In this document: one piece after another, positions 52,031 to 62,375 of the stretch | Layout: every line of letters begins with the position of its first letter | Numbering within the stretch: position 1 is the first letter of the stretch | DNA from: Gammaproteobacteria bacterium | GTDB lineage: Bacteria; Pseudomonadota; Gammaproteobacteria; Eutrophobiales; Eutrophobiaceae | DNA length: 64,000 nt | Assembly (NCBI GenBank): GCA_965221455.1 | Contig: OZ244890.1 | Span: 2,238,507-2,302,506 of the forward strand | Direction: 5' to 3' | Notes under the pieces: model-generated | Databases searched by the model: none | The model's input: only the letters and a program-made list of their open reading frames with translations | What the model was told of the DNA's origin: nothing | Position numbers and translations under genes: made by a program

Positions 52031-52645
52031 CTACATCGGTTTAATGTTACTCGTGCGGAAAACAGCAATAATGGTATGCACGAAAATAATATCTCTTTTC
52101 TTTAAAATATAGCGACGGTTTGCGTTCGTCAGATCGCTGACTGTCATATCTTTACTTTGTTGCTTGATTAGATTGCAGAATTTTAGCTTGTTCAGATGTT
52201 GTAGCAGGACTTCATCTCCGGGTTCAGGTGTCTGCTCAGGGACGAGAAATATAATTTCTCCTTGATGAATTCTGGGTGCCCAATCCGTACTCGTCACCTT
52301 GAGGGCATAGCTGCTTGGCGTGGCTTTAGAGATGTTGAGGTGTCCCAGTATTTTCTTGTTACCGCCTGTTTCGGTTGTACCAGTAATGGGTACAAGATTA
52401 ACCGCCGTATATTTACTATGTTCTTCCTGGATAGCTTCTCCAAATTGACCGTAAAGTAGCCAGGCGGGGTTAACATTGAGTAGTTGAGCAATTTTATCAA
52501 GTTGTTCGAGTGTCGGTTTTCGGCGTCCGGACAGGTAGTGTCCTATGGCACCACGGGTACAACTCAGATCCGTGGCCAATTTTTCTTGGGAGATCCCCAG
52601 ACGTTGCATCTGGTTTCTTGCTCTATCCATCCATGAGTCTGTCAT
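52031..52645 (-). CDS. CI/LexA-like repressor (XRE HTH plus S24 peptidase domain)
   Basis: Start taken at MTDSWMDRARNQMQRLGISQEKLATDLSCTRGAIGHYLSGRRKPT (HTH). The C-terminal part has the length and layout of an S24-type beta domain (GDEVLLQ), though no Ser/Lys dyad was identified by eye. Confidence 0.75.
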   Translation of the reverse strand: MTDSWMDRARNQMQRLGISQEKLATDLSCTRGAIGHYLSGRRKPTLEQLDKIAQLLNVNPAWLLYGQFGEAIQEEHSKYTAVNLVPITGTTETGGNKKILGHLNISKATPSSYALKVTSTDWAPRIHQGEIIFLVPEQTPEPGDEVLLQHLNKLKFCNLIKQQSKDMTVSDLTNANRRYILKKRDIIFVHTIIAVFRTSNIKPM

Positions 52646-52654
52646 AAGCAAAAT

Positions 52655-52730
52655 GATACGTGTTGTATCATTCCGATCAATGACACAGTTTGTATCTAAT
52701 TGTTGACATAATAGATACATATTGTATCCT
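52655..52730. promoter_or_regulatory. Divergent switch region: three operator-like palindromes plus a rightward promoter
   Basis: GATACGTGTTGTATC (52655-52669), GACACAGTTTGTATC (52682-52696), GATACATATTGTATC (52714-52728). TTGACA (52703-52708), 16 nt spacer, TATCCT (52725-52730) faces the cro-like gene and overlaps the third palindrome. Confidence 0.65.
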
Positions 52731-52747
52731 TATGCCAAGGGGATGAT

Positions 52748-52996
52748 GTGCAAGGATGTCATATGGATTTACAAGAATACATCAATCTATTTCCACGCAG
52801 CCAAAGAGTTGCCGTGCGAACGAAAATCGCCAACCACCACGGGGTCTCAGAGAGTACTATTCGATCCTGGGCGAACGGGAGTCGACGTCATCCTTGCGTA
52901 AAGGAGGCCATGGAAATGACTGAAAGATTAACCGATGGCAAAGTATCTCGTTATGATTTAAGACCGGATATTTTCGGCGAGAGTCCTGATAAATAA
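52748..52996 (+). CDS. Cro/YdaS-like small DNA-binding protein
   Basis: 82 aa from GTG 52748, or 77 aa from ATG 52763. GVSESTIRSWANG HTH and RYDLRPDIFG tail typical of the YdaS/Cro-like family. Divergent from the CI-like gene. Confidence 0.65.
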   Translation: MQGCHMDLQEYINLFPRSQRVAVRTKIANHHGVSESTIRSWANGSRRHPCVKEAMEMTERLTDGKVSRYDLRPDIFGESPDK

Positions 52997-53041
52997 TGAG
53001 TCGAGCGTATAGCTAGTAGTGCGATAGAGAGCAATAGAGAA

Positions 53042-53671
53042 ATGGATGGTTCGGGTAATAATAGCAAAGGATCTGTTGCTGGCTTGCCGCTGGAGAAAAA
53101 ATTCCGGTGTGGATATTTGAAGGACTCCACCGAACAACTACGCGTTGGCCTGGTGCTATTGCTGGTGCTGTGTTTATTAGCCTGCCTGGATGATGTCAGC
53201 GGACCTGTGGATATTTTTCGATATATGCCGCTGCCAGGAGTCATGTTAGCAATTATTCTGGTTATTTTGCTATCAGTGGCTTACACAGATTTTTTCATTC
53301 GACACTATTGTCTTATTATCAGTTTTGTTCTTCTATTGGTTTGCATAGCTATACCGTATTCTTTTTTTGAGCGGTATAAACAATACGGTGGTGATGAAAG
53401 TTTTCTGATGGTTGTTATGACCGTATTGATATTCTGGATTTATGGTTTTTCCCGATTAGGTCTCATATGCTCATCACAATGGGGTTGCCTGAGTGCAGCC
53501 ATGTACATTGCACTTACGCTATCGCTACACCAGATAGATCAGTTGAATTTATTGATTGATATAATCATACTCATCGTTGTTAATGTCGCTGGCATGACGT
53601 GTAGCTATGATAACGAGAGATACGCTCGGTTGTTGTTTTATGAAAAACCAGGTATTAACAAGTTATTTTAA
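53042..53671 (+). CDS. Polytopic membrane domain resembling the N-terminal sensor of class III cyclases/GGDEF proteins; catalytic domain missing
   Basis: 209 aa, 5-6 TM. LEKKFRCGYLKDSTEQLRVG at the start and ERYARLLFYEK at the end are the usual borders of such membrane modules. The ORF stops where a catalytic domain would begin. Confidence 0.45.
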   Translation: MDGSGNNSKGSVAGLPLEKKFRCGYLKDSTEQLRVGLVLLLVLCLLACLDDVSGPVDIFRYMPLPGVMLAIILVILLSVAYTDFFIRHYCLIISFVLLLVCIAIPYSFFERYKQYGGDESFLMVVMTVLIFWIYGFSRLGLICSSQWGCLSAAMYIALTLSLHQIDQLNLLIDIIILIVVNVAGMTCSYDNERYARLLFYEKPGINKLF

Positions 53672-53802
53672 AACTTTGGAGTTAAAAAGATGGCCATTGT
53701 TGAGGGAACCTTGAATGGTGACAAAGTGGTATAAATTGTCCGCTAAGTCGAGATTTTTATACGATACTAATTTAATTGCTTTTGCGGGTTAGTTCCGTAT
53801 TT

Positions 53803-54594
53803 TTACACTGAACCCTCGAAAATAATTCTCCAACGTCCGTTTTTTTCCATTTTCCAGTATTGACCGTGCTGAGAACTGTCACTGGAATAGTTCTGATCGA
53901 AGGTTACAAACCGGGATAGGAACAGTTCCAACGGGGTAACTGGAAATACTTGTATTGTTCATATCCACTTTGATAAAGGTCTCGGTAGAATTCACATAAC
54001 ATTTGTGCCGGGCCCAACTGTCACAGTCTCTTCCAGTATCTGCATAATCTCTGGAATAATGGCTTAAGTATCAGTCAGTATCACGACCCTCCCGGTCTTT
54101 TCGCCATTTTTCAATGTAATGAGCAAAATTTTTCCGGCGTAGTTGCCACTCATCTCCGTTTATCCAGTCAACTTTTGAGCCAGAATTACCAGCGTTACTG
54201 TCCTCAGGCGATCTTGAAAAAAATTCATTGGGTGTTCCGTGCAAGCAAATACCATGACCTGTTTGACCATTGCGCCTGTCTCCAATATTTGGATAATTAA
54301 CAGGAAATGCGCCATTTCCATATAGATCCGGTAGTTTACTGGACTCAATAAACCGGATGATAGAATAAACACCCGGAGGTGTTTTTGGATCTCCCTCTTT
54401 AAAAATAAAACCTGAATTTCTTTTGGATCTCTGGAGATCTCCACTTCCACCACTACAAGCAATGCGTTTTTCAAATGCGCCTTGTTCGATCAAGAGTTGA
54501 GTCTGTTCATTCGCGCCCTTGACGGAAGTTAATGAGTGCAGTGAAAATCAGGATGATGGGGAGTGATTTATTTTTGATGTGCATTTTTCGTCTG
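53803..54594 (-). pseudogene. L,D-transpeptidase-family gene disrupted by frameshifts and stops
   Basis: Signal peptide MHIKNKSLPIILIFTAL (from 54594) is out of frame with GDPKTPPGVYSI...GNGAFPVNYPNIGDRRNGQTGHGICLHGT. The C-terminal WRKDREGRDTD*YLSHYS...QYWKMEKNGRWRIIFEG continues only through stops and shifts. Confidence 0.55.
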
Positions 54595-54727
54595 TTCTTG
54601 ATAGCTTTCGGACCAAATTTATCTGAAAAAAATACTGGTTGGTTCCTAAGCCTCAATCTCTATCTATTCCTGGGTATTCCCCTGCAATAACGCAATTTGG
54701 TTACAGCAGATTTTGCCTGTATATTCG

Positions 54728-55249
54728 TCAGATGGATCTGTTTTGTTTTCTTTGTTTCCATTTTTGCGAAGATAATATCCTCCAGATCACGCGCAGAGCA
54801 ACATTGCCGATGGCTGCATTGCATACGCCTAATAATAGGCAGCCTGCCATCAATGGTTGCCATATATCCACCAATGTTTTCGCTACCCACTGTGTGGAGG
54901 GTTCAGAAACAACTTTTTGTATTGGTTCATCTAGCAAGACACTTCCCAATTTATAGGCAAGATAATAAATAGGTCCTGCAGTGATTGGATTAGTCACCCA
55001 GACAAAGATGATAGATAAAGGCAAATTTGCCCTGAGTAATATGGCTGTCGCAGCGGCGGCAATTGTTTGCCCGGGAATGGGGATCATTGCCCAAAATAAT
55101 CCAATCGTTACACCTCCGGCGGATGAACGACGTGTCAGGCGCCAGATATTGGGTTCATGTAAGCGGTTACCAAAATGACGTAAATGTTTATGTTCCTGAA
55201 TGAGTTTTCTTTCAGGAAGATATCTCTGCAAGTGTGACTTAAGACTCAT
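54728..55249 (-). CDS. DUF2062 domain membrane protein
   Basis: 173 aa. RRSSAGGVTIGLFWAMIPIPGQTIAAAATAILLRANLP. Divergent from comEC, as in Pseudomonas. Confidence 0.75.
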   Translation of the reverse strand: MSLKSHLQRYLPERKLIQEHKHLRHFGNRLHEPNIWRLTRRSSAGGVTIGLFWAMIPIPGQTIAAAATAILLRANLPLSIIFVWVTNPITAGPIYYLAYKLGSVLLDEPIQKVVSEPSTQWVAKTLVDIWQPLMAGCLLLGVCNAAIGNVALRVIWRILSSQKWKQRKQNRSI

Positions 55250-55408
55250 GAAATATGTGTGAAATTAATTCAGAAATTTAAATATGTATGTCAATTTTGT
55301 ATTTGCTAACCCTTGAGGTGCACCATTATACTCAAAACAGTAGTTTACAAATTGAATTGTTTCTCAATTCCTTTATTTTAGAGAACTGTTCCAGGAGGAC
55401 ACAGGGAT

Positions 55409-57739
55409 ATGCGCACAGGGACGATTGCTTTCTTAGGCGGCATCGTTATTTTCCTGCAGATTTCAACTTTGCCATCTCTCTGGATTCTTTTGTTTCCGCC
55501 GATCACTTTGTTGGTAGCGCTACCGTTAATTAAAGACCGAACGCCTTATTTATATTGCTGGCGAGTTATTTGTGCAGTTGTTTGTGGTTTCTTGTGGGCG
55601 TTTCTGCGTGCTGATGCCATTTTAAGTCATGAGCTGGATAAAAGAATCGAAGGCAAAACGGTGATTGTGACAGGAAAAGTTACATCATTGCCCGAAATTC
55701 TGGATTCAGGCATTCGCCTTGAATTTAAAATTAACGAAATGAGATCTGAAAATGGCGAGATTTTAAGCAGCCCTGGCGAGGTAAGACTTGGATGGTATAG
55801 GGAAGCTGTGACGATTAAGCCTGGAGAATATTGGCGACTTCATGTGAGATTGAAGCGCCCCTATGGATTTTCCAACCCTGGTGGCTTTGATTACGAAAGA
55901 TGGTTATTTCAACATCGCATTCGTGGCACAGGCTATATCATAAACGATAAGAAGAATGAATTACTCCGTAACGCCTCCATCATTTCAATCAATCATTCAC
56001 GTTATCTACTTCGAAATTTCATCAATCAAACTGATTTAGGGGAGTTTGAGAAGAGCTTCATGCTGGCATTAAGTTTGGGTGACCGCAGCAAAATATCTGC
56101 AAAGCATTGGCAGACATTGACGCAAACCGGGACAAGTCATCTGCTGGCAATTTCCGGGTTGCATATTGGATTGGTAGCGGGTTTGTTTTTTATCTTGGGT
56201 CGTTGGTTGTGGGCATTTTCACCCTCGTTACCTCTGTATTTGGCATCTCAACGATTTGCCGCTTTATCAGCATTGTCAGGTGCTTTGATATACGCTGCTC
56301 TGGCAGGTTTCTCGATCCCGACGCAGCGGGCATTGATTATGCTTTCCATCTGGCTGTTATCACGTTTTTTTCATCGAAGATTTGTTTCCAGTGATGTCAT
56401 TGCACTTTCTTTGTTAGCAGTATTAATCATCGATCCACTAGCGGTGGTGGATGTTGGATTTTGGTTGTCTTTTTTGGCTGTCTCAACCATTGCCTATGGA
56501 ATGACGTGTCGAGTTCATACAAGTAGTTCGATATGGCGTAATAGTTGGTGGAAATGGGGCAGGGTGCAATATTTGGTCGCGGTCGGTTTATTGCCAGTGC
56601 TCGTTTTATGGTTTCAACAATATCCTCTAATGGGCATCTTCGCCAATATTATCGCTGTTCCTTATGTTGGTTTCATTGTTGTGCCTTTAGTGCTGATGGG
56701 TGCTATATTGCTACAGATATATTTTCCGGCCGGAGAGTTAATTTTACAACTGGCTGGGCAGGCGCTGGGTTTATTTTGGCCGTTTCTTGATTATTTATCG
56801 ACCTTGAAATTCAGCCTTTGGCAGAGTGTCTCCCCGTCATCATTGACATTCGCCTCAGCGATGTTCGGCGTGTTGATATTGCTAATGCCTAAGGGCATGC
56901 CTGATCGCTGGCTAGGGGTTTTCTTCTTATTGCCGCTACTGTATCCACGGCCGGATTCTCCAGGATCTGGTGCCTTTTGGCTGACACAACTGGATGTCGG
57001 GCAGGGTCTGGCCTCTGTCATCCAGACTCAGAATCATTCATTGATTTATGACACTGGGGATCGATTCAGCGAAAGATTTAACACTGGTGAGGCAGTGATT
57101 ATCCCATTTTTCAAACATCAGCGACTTCGACATCCCGACTTGTTGATTCTTAGTCACGGTGATCGTGATCATATCGGTGGTAGTGAAGCAGTTCTTACCA
57201 GCTATCCTAAGTTAAATGTTCTAACCAGTGCCGTGAATAAAATCAGGCATTTCTCCGTAGAACGATGTGTTGCAGGTCAGCAATGGCATTGGGATGGTGT
57301 GGATTTTGAAATATTGCATCCTGCTCCAACCGGTAATTATAAAGGGAATAATAGTTCCTGTGTCCTTAAGGTGAGCAATGGCAGACATTCGATTTTACTG
57401 ACAGGAGATATTGAACAGGCCGCAGAATCCAGGTTGGTTAATGCTATTCCGAATAAACTTTCCTCTACAGTATTAATTGCTCCACATCATGGCAGCAAAA
57501 CCTCATCATCTCCGGCTTTTATTGATGCTGTGTCACCAGAGACCGTGGTTTTTTCTGCAGGATATCGAAATCGGTTCGGTTTCCCGAAACAGGATATAAT
57601 CTCCCGTTATGAATCCCGTCAGGTTAAAATACTGAATACAGCGCGTGATGGGGCATTATTATTCAAATTTGAACAATCAGGGATGACTGTGAATAAGCAT
57701 CGACAGTGGAATCGGCGATTCTGGACGACTGAATATTAG
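55409..57739 (+). CDS. comEC: DNA internalization competence protein ComEC/Rec2
   Basis: 776 aa. Polytopic competence domain (TGTSHLLAISGLHIG) and C-terminal metallo-beta-lactamase domain (LILSHGDRDHIGG, APHHGS). Confidence 0.9.
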   Translation: MRTGTIAFLGGIVIFLQISTLPSLWILLFPPITLLVALPLIKDRTPYLYCWRVICAVVCGFLWAFLRADAILSHELDKRIEGKTVIVTGKVTSLPEILDSGIRLEFKINEMRSENGEILSSPGEVRLGWYREAVTIKPGEYWRLHVRLKRPYGFSNPGGFDYERWLFQHRIRGTGYIINDKKNELLRNASIISINHSRYLLRNFINQTDLGEFEKSFMLALSLGDRSKISAKHWQTLTQTGTSHLLAISGLHIGLVAGLFFILGRWLWAFSPSLPLYLASQRFAALSALSGALIYAALAGFSIPTQRALIMLSIWLLSRFFHRRFVSSDVIALSLLAVLIIDPLAVVDVGFWLSFLAVSTIAYGMTCRVHTSSSIWRNSWWKWGRVQYLVAVGLLPVLVLWFQQYPLMGIFANIIAVPYVGFIVVPLVLMGAILLQIYFPAGELILQLAGQALGLFWPFLDYLSTLKFSLWQSVSPSSLTFASAMFGVLILLMPKGMPDRWLGVFFLLPLLYPRPDSPGSGAFWLTQLDVGQGLASVIQTQNHSLIYDTGDRFSERFNTGEAVIIPFFKHQRLRHPDLLILSHGDRDHIGGSEAVLTSYPKLNVLTSAVNKIRHFSVERCVAGQQWHWDGVDFEILHPAPTGNYKGNNSSCVLKVSNGRHSILLTGDIEQAAESRLVNAIPNKLSSTVLIAPHHGSKTSSSPAFIDAVSPETVVFSAGYRNRFGFPKQDIISRYESRQVKILNTARDGALLFKFEQSGMTVNKHRQWNRRFWTTEY

Positions 57740-57813
57740 GTGGAAATGTTAATATAAATCGTATTCATGGAAATTTATTTAGTTAAATATTTTTAGGCAG
57801 GAGAACGTAAGAG

Positions 57814-58497
57814 GTGCTGGAATTAATAAAAGCGGGCGGTCTGCTGATGTGGCCGATAATGATCTGTTCGGTTATCTCGTTAGCAATTATTATCGAACGA
57901 TTTTGGTCGCTACAAGAGAAACGTGTTGTCCCGAAGCAGCTCGTTGCCCAAGTGTGGCAATGGGTGAAGATAGGACATCTGGATAATAAACGCATACAGG
58001 ATTTACGCATAAGCTCCCCATTGGGTAGAGTCCTGGCAGCGGGCCTGGTCAATCGTTCATACGAACGTGAAGTAATGAAAGAAAGTATTGAAGAGGTTGG
58101 TCGTCATGTCGCACATACACTGGAACGATTTTTGAATACGCTTGGAACCATTGCCTCAATCTCACCTTTGTTGGGATTATTGGGCACCGTTATAGGCATG
58201 ATTAAAGTCTTTGCCGTGATTACAACCCAAGGTGTCGGTGACGCAAGTATTTTGGCAGAAGGTATTTCAGAAGCCCTGCTGACGACCGCCGCAGGTCTAT
58301 CTGTCGCTATCCCTACACTAATGTTCCATCGTTATTTTAGAGGTAAGGTAGATGAGCTGGTCATGGCGATGGAACAGGAAGCATTAAAGATGGTCGAGGC
58401 TATACATGGGTTGCGTGAAAACGAATACAATGCTCACAAAAATGCAAATCAGGGAAATGCATCTTATGAAAGTCACATCAGAGATGGTGCCGGATGA
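57814..58497 (+). CDS. exbB: MotA/TolQ/ExbB proton-channel family protein
   Basis: 227 aa. ISPLLGLLGTVIGMIKVF and ALLTTAAGLSVAIP. Confidence 0.85.
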   Translation: MLELIKAGGLLMWPIMICSVISLAIIIERFWSLQEKRVVPKQLVAQVWQWVKIGHLDNKRIQDLRISSPLGRVLAAGLVNRSYEREVMKESIEEVGRHVAHTLERFLNTLGTIASISPLLGLLGTVIGMIKVFAVITTQGVGDASILAEGISEALLTTAAGLSVAIPTLMFHRYFRGKVDELVMAMEQEALKMVEAIHGLRENEYNAHKNANQGNASYESHIRDGAG

Positions 58498-58916
58498 ACT
58501 TTCAGCCGAAGCCGACTGCAGAAGTTGAACTGGATATTACGCCACTGATTGACGTAGTGTTTTTGTTACTGATCTTTTTTATGGTTTCAACCACCTTCGA
58601 CCATGAATCGGAGGTAAATATTACTTTGCCTAAAGCGAGTAAAGAAATTGCGCAGGCAAAGCCCGATGCAATAAACGTTGCTATTGATGACCGGTCGCGT
58701 ATATACATTAATGAGAAAGAATTAACTAATTCACAAATATCAACGATCAAGGAAGCACTGTACGATATTGTTGCGGATCTTGGAGATGTGCCGATTATCA
58801 TTAGTGCCGATGAAAAAACCCCTTACCAAATGGTGATACGGACCATGGATGCAGCCCGTCAATTGGATCTGGTTAAGATCACATTTGCCACGAGAATTAA
58901 TGAAGAAGATTATTGA
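58494..58916 (+). CDS. exbD: ExbD/TolR biopolymer transport protein
   Basis: 140 aa. ITPLIDVVFLLLIFFMV. 4-nt overlap with exbB. Confidence 0.85.
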   Translation: MNFQPKPTAEVELDITPLIDVVFLLLIFFMVSTTFDHESEVNITLPKASKEIAQAKPDAINVAIDDRSRIYINEKELTNSQISTIKEALYDIVADLGDVPIIISADEKTPYQMVIRTMDAARQLDLVKITFATRINEEDY

Positions 58917-58933
58917 TGTCAGTGTTTCGGTGA

Positions 58934-59944
58934 ATGATGGTAAATTCACACAAATTTATAGAAGATATTTGGTATGACGAGCATCCTTTATCCATCGTCC
59001 TTGCGCCGTTCGGTTGGATCTATCAATTGTTCGTGAGATTACGCTATTTCCTCTATCAAAGTGGTATGCTTCCAGTTCAGAAACTGGATGTTCCTGTGAT
59101 CGTTGTCGGGAATATTGTTGCGGGAGGTACGGGGAAAACATCTCTTGTCATCTGGCTGGCAGCTCATTTAAAAGAGCAAGGCTATCATCCGGCAATTGCC
59201 AGTCGAGGTTACAAGAGCACAGTCAGACAATGGCCTCAGCAAGTACGCAAAGACAGTAATCCTGTTTTAGTTGGAGATGAGCCTGTTTTGATAGCACGAA
59301 GGACAAATTGCCCCGTGGCAATTGCGCCGAATCGTTATCTCGCAGCAGAAGCGCTGATTGAACATGAACAGATTGATATTATTATCTGTGATGATGGTCT
59401 ACAACACTATGCGTTAGCACGGGATATTGAAATCGCCGTAATTGATGGGGTTCGTCGGCATGGCAACGGACGTTGTATACCTTCCGGACCATTAAGAGAA
59501 CCTGTGGGACGACTTAAGAATGTTGATATGATCGTTTGTAACGGCAGTGCACGTCGTGGTGAATTTGATATGGAATATATTCCCCGGCAATTATGCTCGG
59601 TTATTGACGAGAGCAAGCACTGTGCACCAGACCGATTCCGTAATCAGTCAGTTCATGCAATTGCGGGTATAGGCAATCCGGCAAAATTCTTTTCATTTTT
59701 ACGAGGGCAAGGACTCCGTGTTATTGAACATGAATTTCCAGACCATTTTCAATTTTCAGCAAAAGATGTTTTTTTTGATGATGACTTTCCTGTCATTATG
59801 ACTGAAAAAGATGCTGTAAAATGTGCAGAGTTTGTATCTGAAAAACATTGGTTCCTATCCATTAACATAAAAATGACGCAAGCCTTCGAACATCGCCTGA
59901 CAGTACTGTTAAAGGAGTTAAAAAATGGACAAAAAGCTGCTTGA
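58934..59944 (+). CDS. lpxK: Tetraacyldisaccharide 4'-kinase
   Basis: 336 aa. [25 protein letters not shown]-loop, DDGLQH. Confidence 0.9.
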   Translation: MMVNSHKFIEDIWYDEHPLSIVLAPFGWIYQLFVRLRYFLYQSGMLPVQKLDVPVIVVGNIVAGGTGKTSLVIWLAAHLKEQGYHPAIASRGYKSTVRQWPQQVRKDSNPVLVGDEPVLIARRTNCPVAIAPNRYLAAEALIEHEQIDIIICDDGLQHYALARDIEIAVIDGVRRHGNGRCIPSGPLREPVGRLKNVDMIVCNGSARRGEFDMEYIPRQLCSVIDESKHCAPDRFRNQSVHAIAGIGNPAKFFSFLRGQGLRVIEHEFPDHFQFSAKDVFFDDDFPVIMTEKDAVKCAEFVSEKHWFLSINIKMTQAFEHRLTVLLKELKNGQKAA

Positions 59945-60116
59945 TATTTTGGTTTGTCCTGTAACAAAAAAGCCCTTGATTTATGATAAGAAAAATCAAG
60001 AACTAATTTCAAAATCTGCACGCCTTGCTTATCCAATCAAGGATGATATTCCCGTTATGTTAGAAGACGAAGCCAGGACACTTTCGGATGAGGAAATGGA
60101 AAATATCAAGGATTGA
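59925..60116 (+). CDS. Trm112/YcaR family protein
   Basis: 63 aa. [14 protein letters not shown]...[11 protein letters not shown]. Confidence 0.85.
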   Translation: MDKKLLDILVCPVTKKPLIYDKKNQELISKSARLAYPIKDDIPVMLEDEARTLSDEEMENIKD

Positions 60117-60861
60117 TTTCAAATTTCAGGTAATTATTCCGGCGCGTTATGCATCCACTCGCCTGCCCGGAAAACCATTACTGGAAATTAATGGCAAACC
60201 ATTAATTCAACATGTCTATGAGTCCGCCTGTCTGTGTGAGGCTGATAAGATTTATGTCGCCACAGATGATCAACGTATTCAGAAGAAGGCAGAGGCATTT
60301 GGAGCCAATGTTATCATGACAGCAACCAATCATCTCTCAGGAACTGACAGACTTACAGAAGCGGTGACGTTTTTGCAATTGGAAGATGAAGCAATTATCG
60401 TGAATCTGCAGGGCGATGAAATAGATATGCCTGTGAGTTTGTTGCATCAGGTTGCAAAAGGGTTACATGAACATCCTCAATACAGTATTGCTACACTCTG
60501 CGAACGAATCGAGCAGGAAGAAGATATAAAAAATCCGAATGTCGTCAAGGTTGTTTTCGACCAAAATAATACCGCGCTGTATTTCAGCAGGTCAGCTATT
60601 CCTCATTCGGGAGAGAGGCAAGGAGAAAATCAGCAAATCAATTATTTTAGGCATCTTGGGTTGTATGCTTATCGGGTAAACTATTTAAAAAGGTTCAGAA
60701 CTACACCTCCTTGTAACCTTGAGCTTTCTGAATCACTCGAACAACTCAGGGCTTTATACACAGGTGAAAAAATTTATGTTGAAGAAGCTTGTGTTTCAGC
60801 CGGGATCGGCATTGATACGGAAGCAGATTTAATCAGGGCTCGCAAGCAGATACACAGATAG
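60088..60861 (+). CDS. kdsB: 3-deoxy-manno-octulosonate cytidylyltransferase
   Basis: [30 protein letters not shown]. The exact start is uncertain (ATG 60088 overlaps the trm112 end by 29 nt). Confidence 0.88.
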   Translation: MRKWKISRIDFKFQVIIPARYASTRLPGKPLLEINGKPLIQHVYESACLCEADKIYVATDDQRIQKKAEAFGANVIMTATNHLSGTDRLTEAVTFLQLEDEAIIVNLQGDEIDMPVSLLHQVAKGLHEHPQYSIATLCERIEQEEDIKNPNVVKVVFDQNNTALYFSRSAIPHSGERQGENQQINYFRHLGLYAYRVNYLKRFRTTPPCNLELSESLEQLRALYTGEKIYVEEACVSAGIGIDTEADLIRARKQIHR

Positions 60862-60872
60862 AATGTTGGCAC

Positions 60873-61355
60873 ATGAAAATTTTATTTATTTGTATGGGAA
60901 ATATATGTCGTTCACCTACGGCACATGGCCTGTTTTTATCTTTGCTACATAAAGAGCAATTGCATGAGATGATTGAAGTCGATTCTGCCGGGACGCACGC
61001 CTGGAATATCGGCAGCCCTCCCGACATCTCTTCCCGGAAGACTGCGAAAGAACACGGTTTCGATATCAGTCACCTTCGTGCCCGCCGAGTAGTGCAGGAA
61101 GACTATGATTATTACGATTACATTGTGGCAATGGATGACAGCAATATAAGCAATATGTCAGTAGTGTGTGATGCACACAATAGACATAAACTTAAATTAC
61201 TACTGGAGTATGCAGACGATCTCCCGATTATCGAAGTGCCTGATCCGTATGGTGATGGAATGGATGGATTCGAGACAGTTTACAATCTGATCGAGCAGGG
61301 TTGTACTGGTTTGTTGAATACTTTAAAAAAAGAGTTGTCCTGCAGAATTACTTAG
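60873..61355 (+). CDS. Low-molecular-weight protein-tyrosine phosphatase
   Basis: 160 aa. [13 protein letters not shown] active-site loop and DPY motif. Confidence 0.88.
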   Translation: MKILFICMGNICRSPTAHGLFLSLLHKEQLHEMIEVDSAGTHAWNIGSPPDISSRKTAKEHGFDISHLRARRVVQEDYDYYDYIVAMDDSNISNMSVVCDAHNRHKLKLLLEYADDLPIIEVPDPYGDGMDGFETVYNLIEQGCTGLLNTLKKELSCRIT

Positions 61356-61570
61356 CGCTCTCTGTAAGTAATACGTCCTTTGCTTAGATCGTAAGGCGTC
61401 ATTTCCACGGTTACTTTATCGCCCGTCAGAATACGAATGTAATGCTTGCGCATTTTTCCGGAGATATGCGCCGTAATGACATGGTCATTTTCGAGTTCCA
61501 CTCGAAACATCGTGTTTGGGAGGGTTTCCGTAATGGTACCATTCATCTCAATTACATCCTCTTTTACCAT
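61352..61570 (-). CDS. infA: Translation initiation factor IF-1
   Basis: 72 aa. [48 protein letters not shown]. Confidence 0.95.
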   Translation of the reverse strand: MVKEDVIEMNGTITETLPNTMFRVELENDHVITAHISGKMRKHYIRILTGDKVTVEMTPYDLSKGRITYRER

Positions 61571-61634
61571 TTATTGTTTCACCTCATATTTCAAAATGTG
61601 CGCATTGTGCCTGAAATAAGATGTTGTGGCAAAA

Positions 61635-62375
61635 TCAATCTGCATTTTCAGGCGGATGGTCATGCCATGCATTGTCATGGAAATACTCCAGGGGCTGATA
61701 TTCGTTCTTATATTTCATTTTTGTGCAATCGGCTATCCAATAACCAAGATACAACCATTGCAGATCGTGGTTTCTCGCGATTTCAATTTCAGTCAGAATG
61801 GCATAGCGACCCAGGCTTCGATTAGTGCTATCCGGATCATAGAATGTATAGACTGCTGATAATCCATCCGTCAGTTCGTCAATAACCGCCACGGCCAGTA
61901 ATGTGTCTGTTTTCCTGAATTCATAAAATACTGTTGTCGCCCATTCCGTTTTTAGAAAACTCATATAATTTTCAGGATCAGGATTATCCATACCACTATC
62001 GGGATGTTTTGCTGCAAGATAACGTTTGTAGAGTATGTAATGTTCACTATTAAATTGTGCTGATGTTTTTATGATTCTCAGATCACTGTTACGTGCCCAG
62101 TTACGTTTTTGATTTCGATTCTTCGCAAATGTATCTACAGATAAACGAACCGCAATAAAGGCATTGCATTGAGAGCATTTTGGTTTGTAGACATGTTTGC
62201 CACTGCGTCGAAAACCCTGACTTGATAAGGTGGAATAAATATTTCCCTGCATGGGAAAATCAGGATCTGTAAATAAGGTGATTGCATTTTTGCCGGGTAA
62301 ATAGCTGCATTCATGTTCAGGTGTCGCATGGAAATTCAGCGTTTGATGATTGATGTTCCGCTTTGGTCTACTCAT
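61635..62375 (-). CDS. ate: Arginyl-tRNA--protein transferase (Ate/Bpt)
   Basis: 246 aa. ECSYLPG, FRRSG, LSAVYTFYDP, GYWI motifs. Confidence 0.85.
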   Translation of the reverse strand: MSRPKRNINHQTLNFHATPEHECSYLPGKNAITLFTDPDFPMQGNIYSTLSSQGFRRSGKHVYKPKCSQCNAFIAVRLSVDTFAKNRNQKRNWARNSDLRIIKTSAQFNSEHYILYKRYLAAKHPDSGMDNPDPENYMSFLKTEWATTVFYEFRKTDTLLAVAVIDELTDGLSAVYTFYDPDSTNRSLGRYAILTEIEIARNHDLQWLYLGYWIADCTKMKYKNEYQPLEYFHDNAWHDHPPENAD

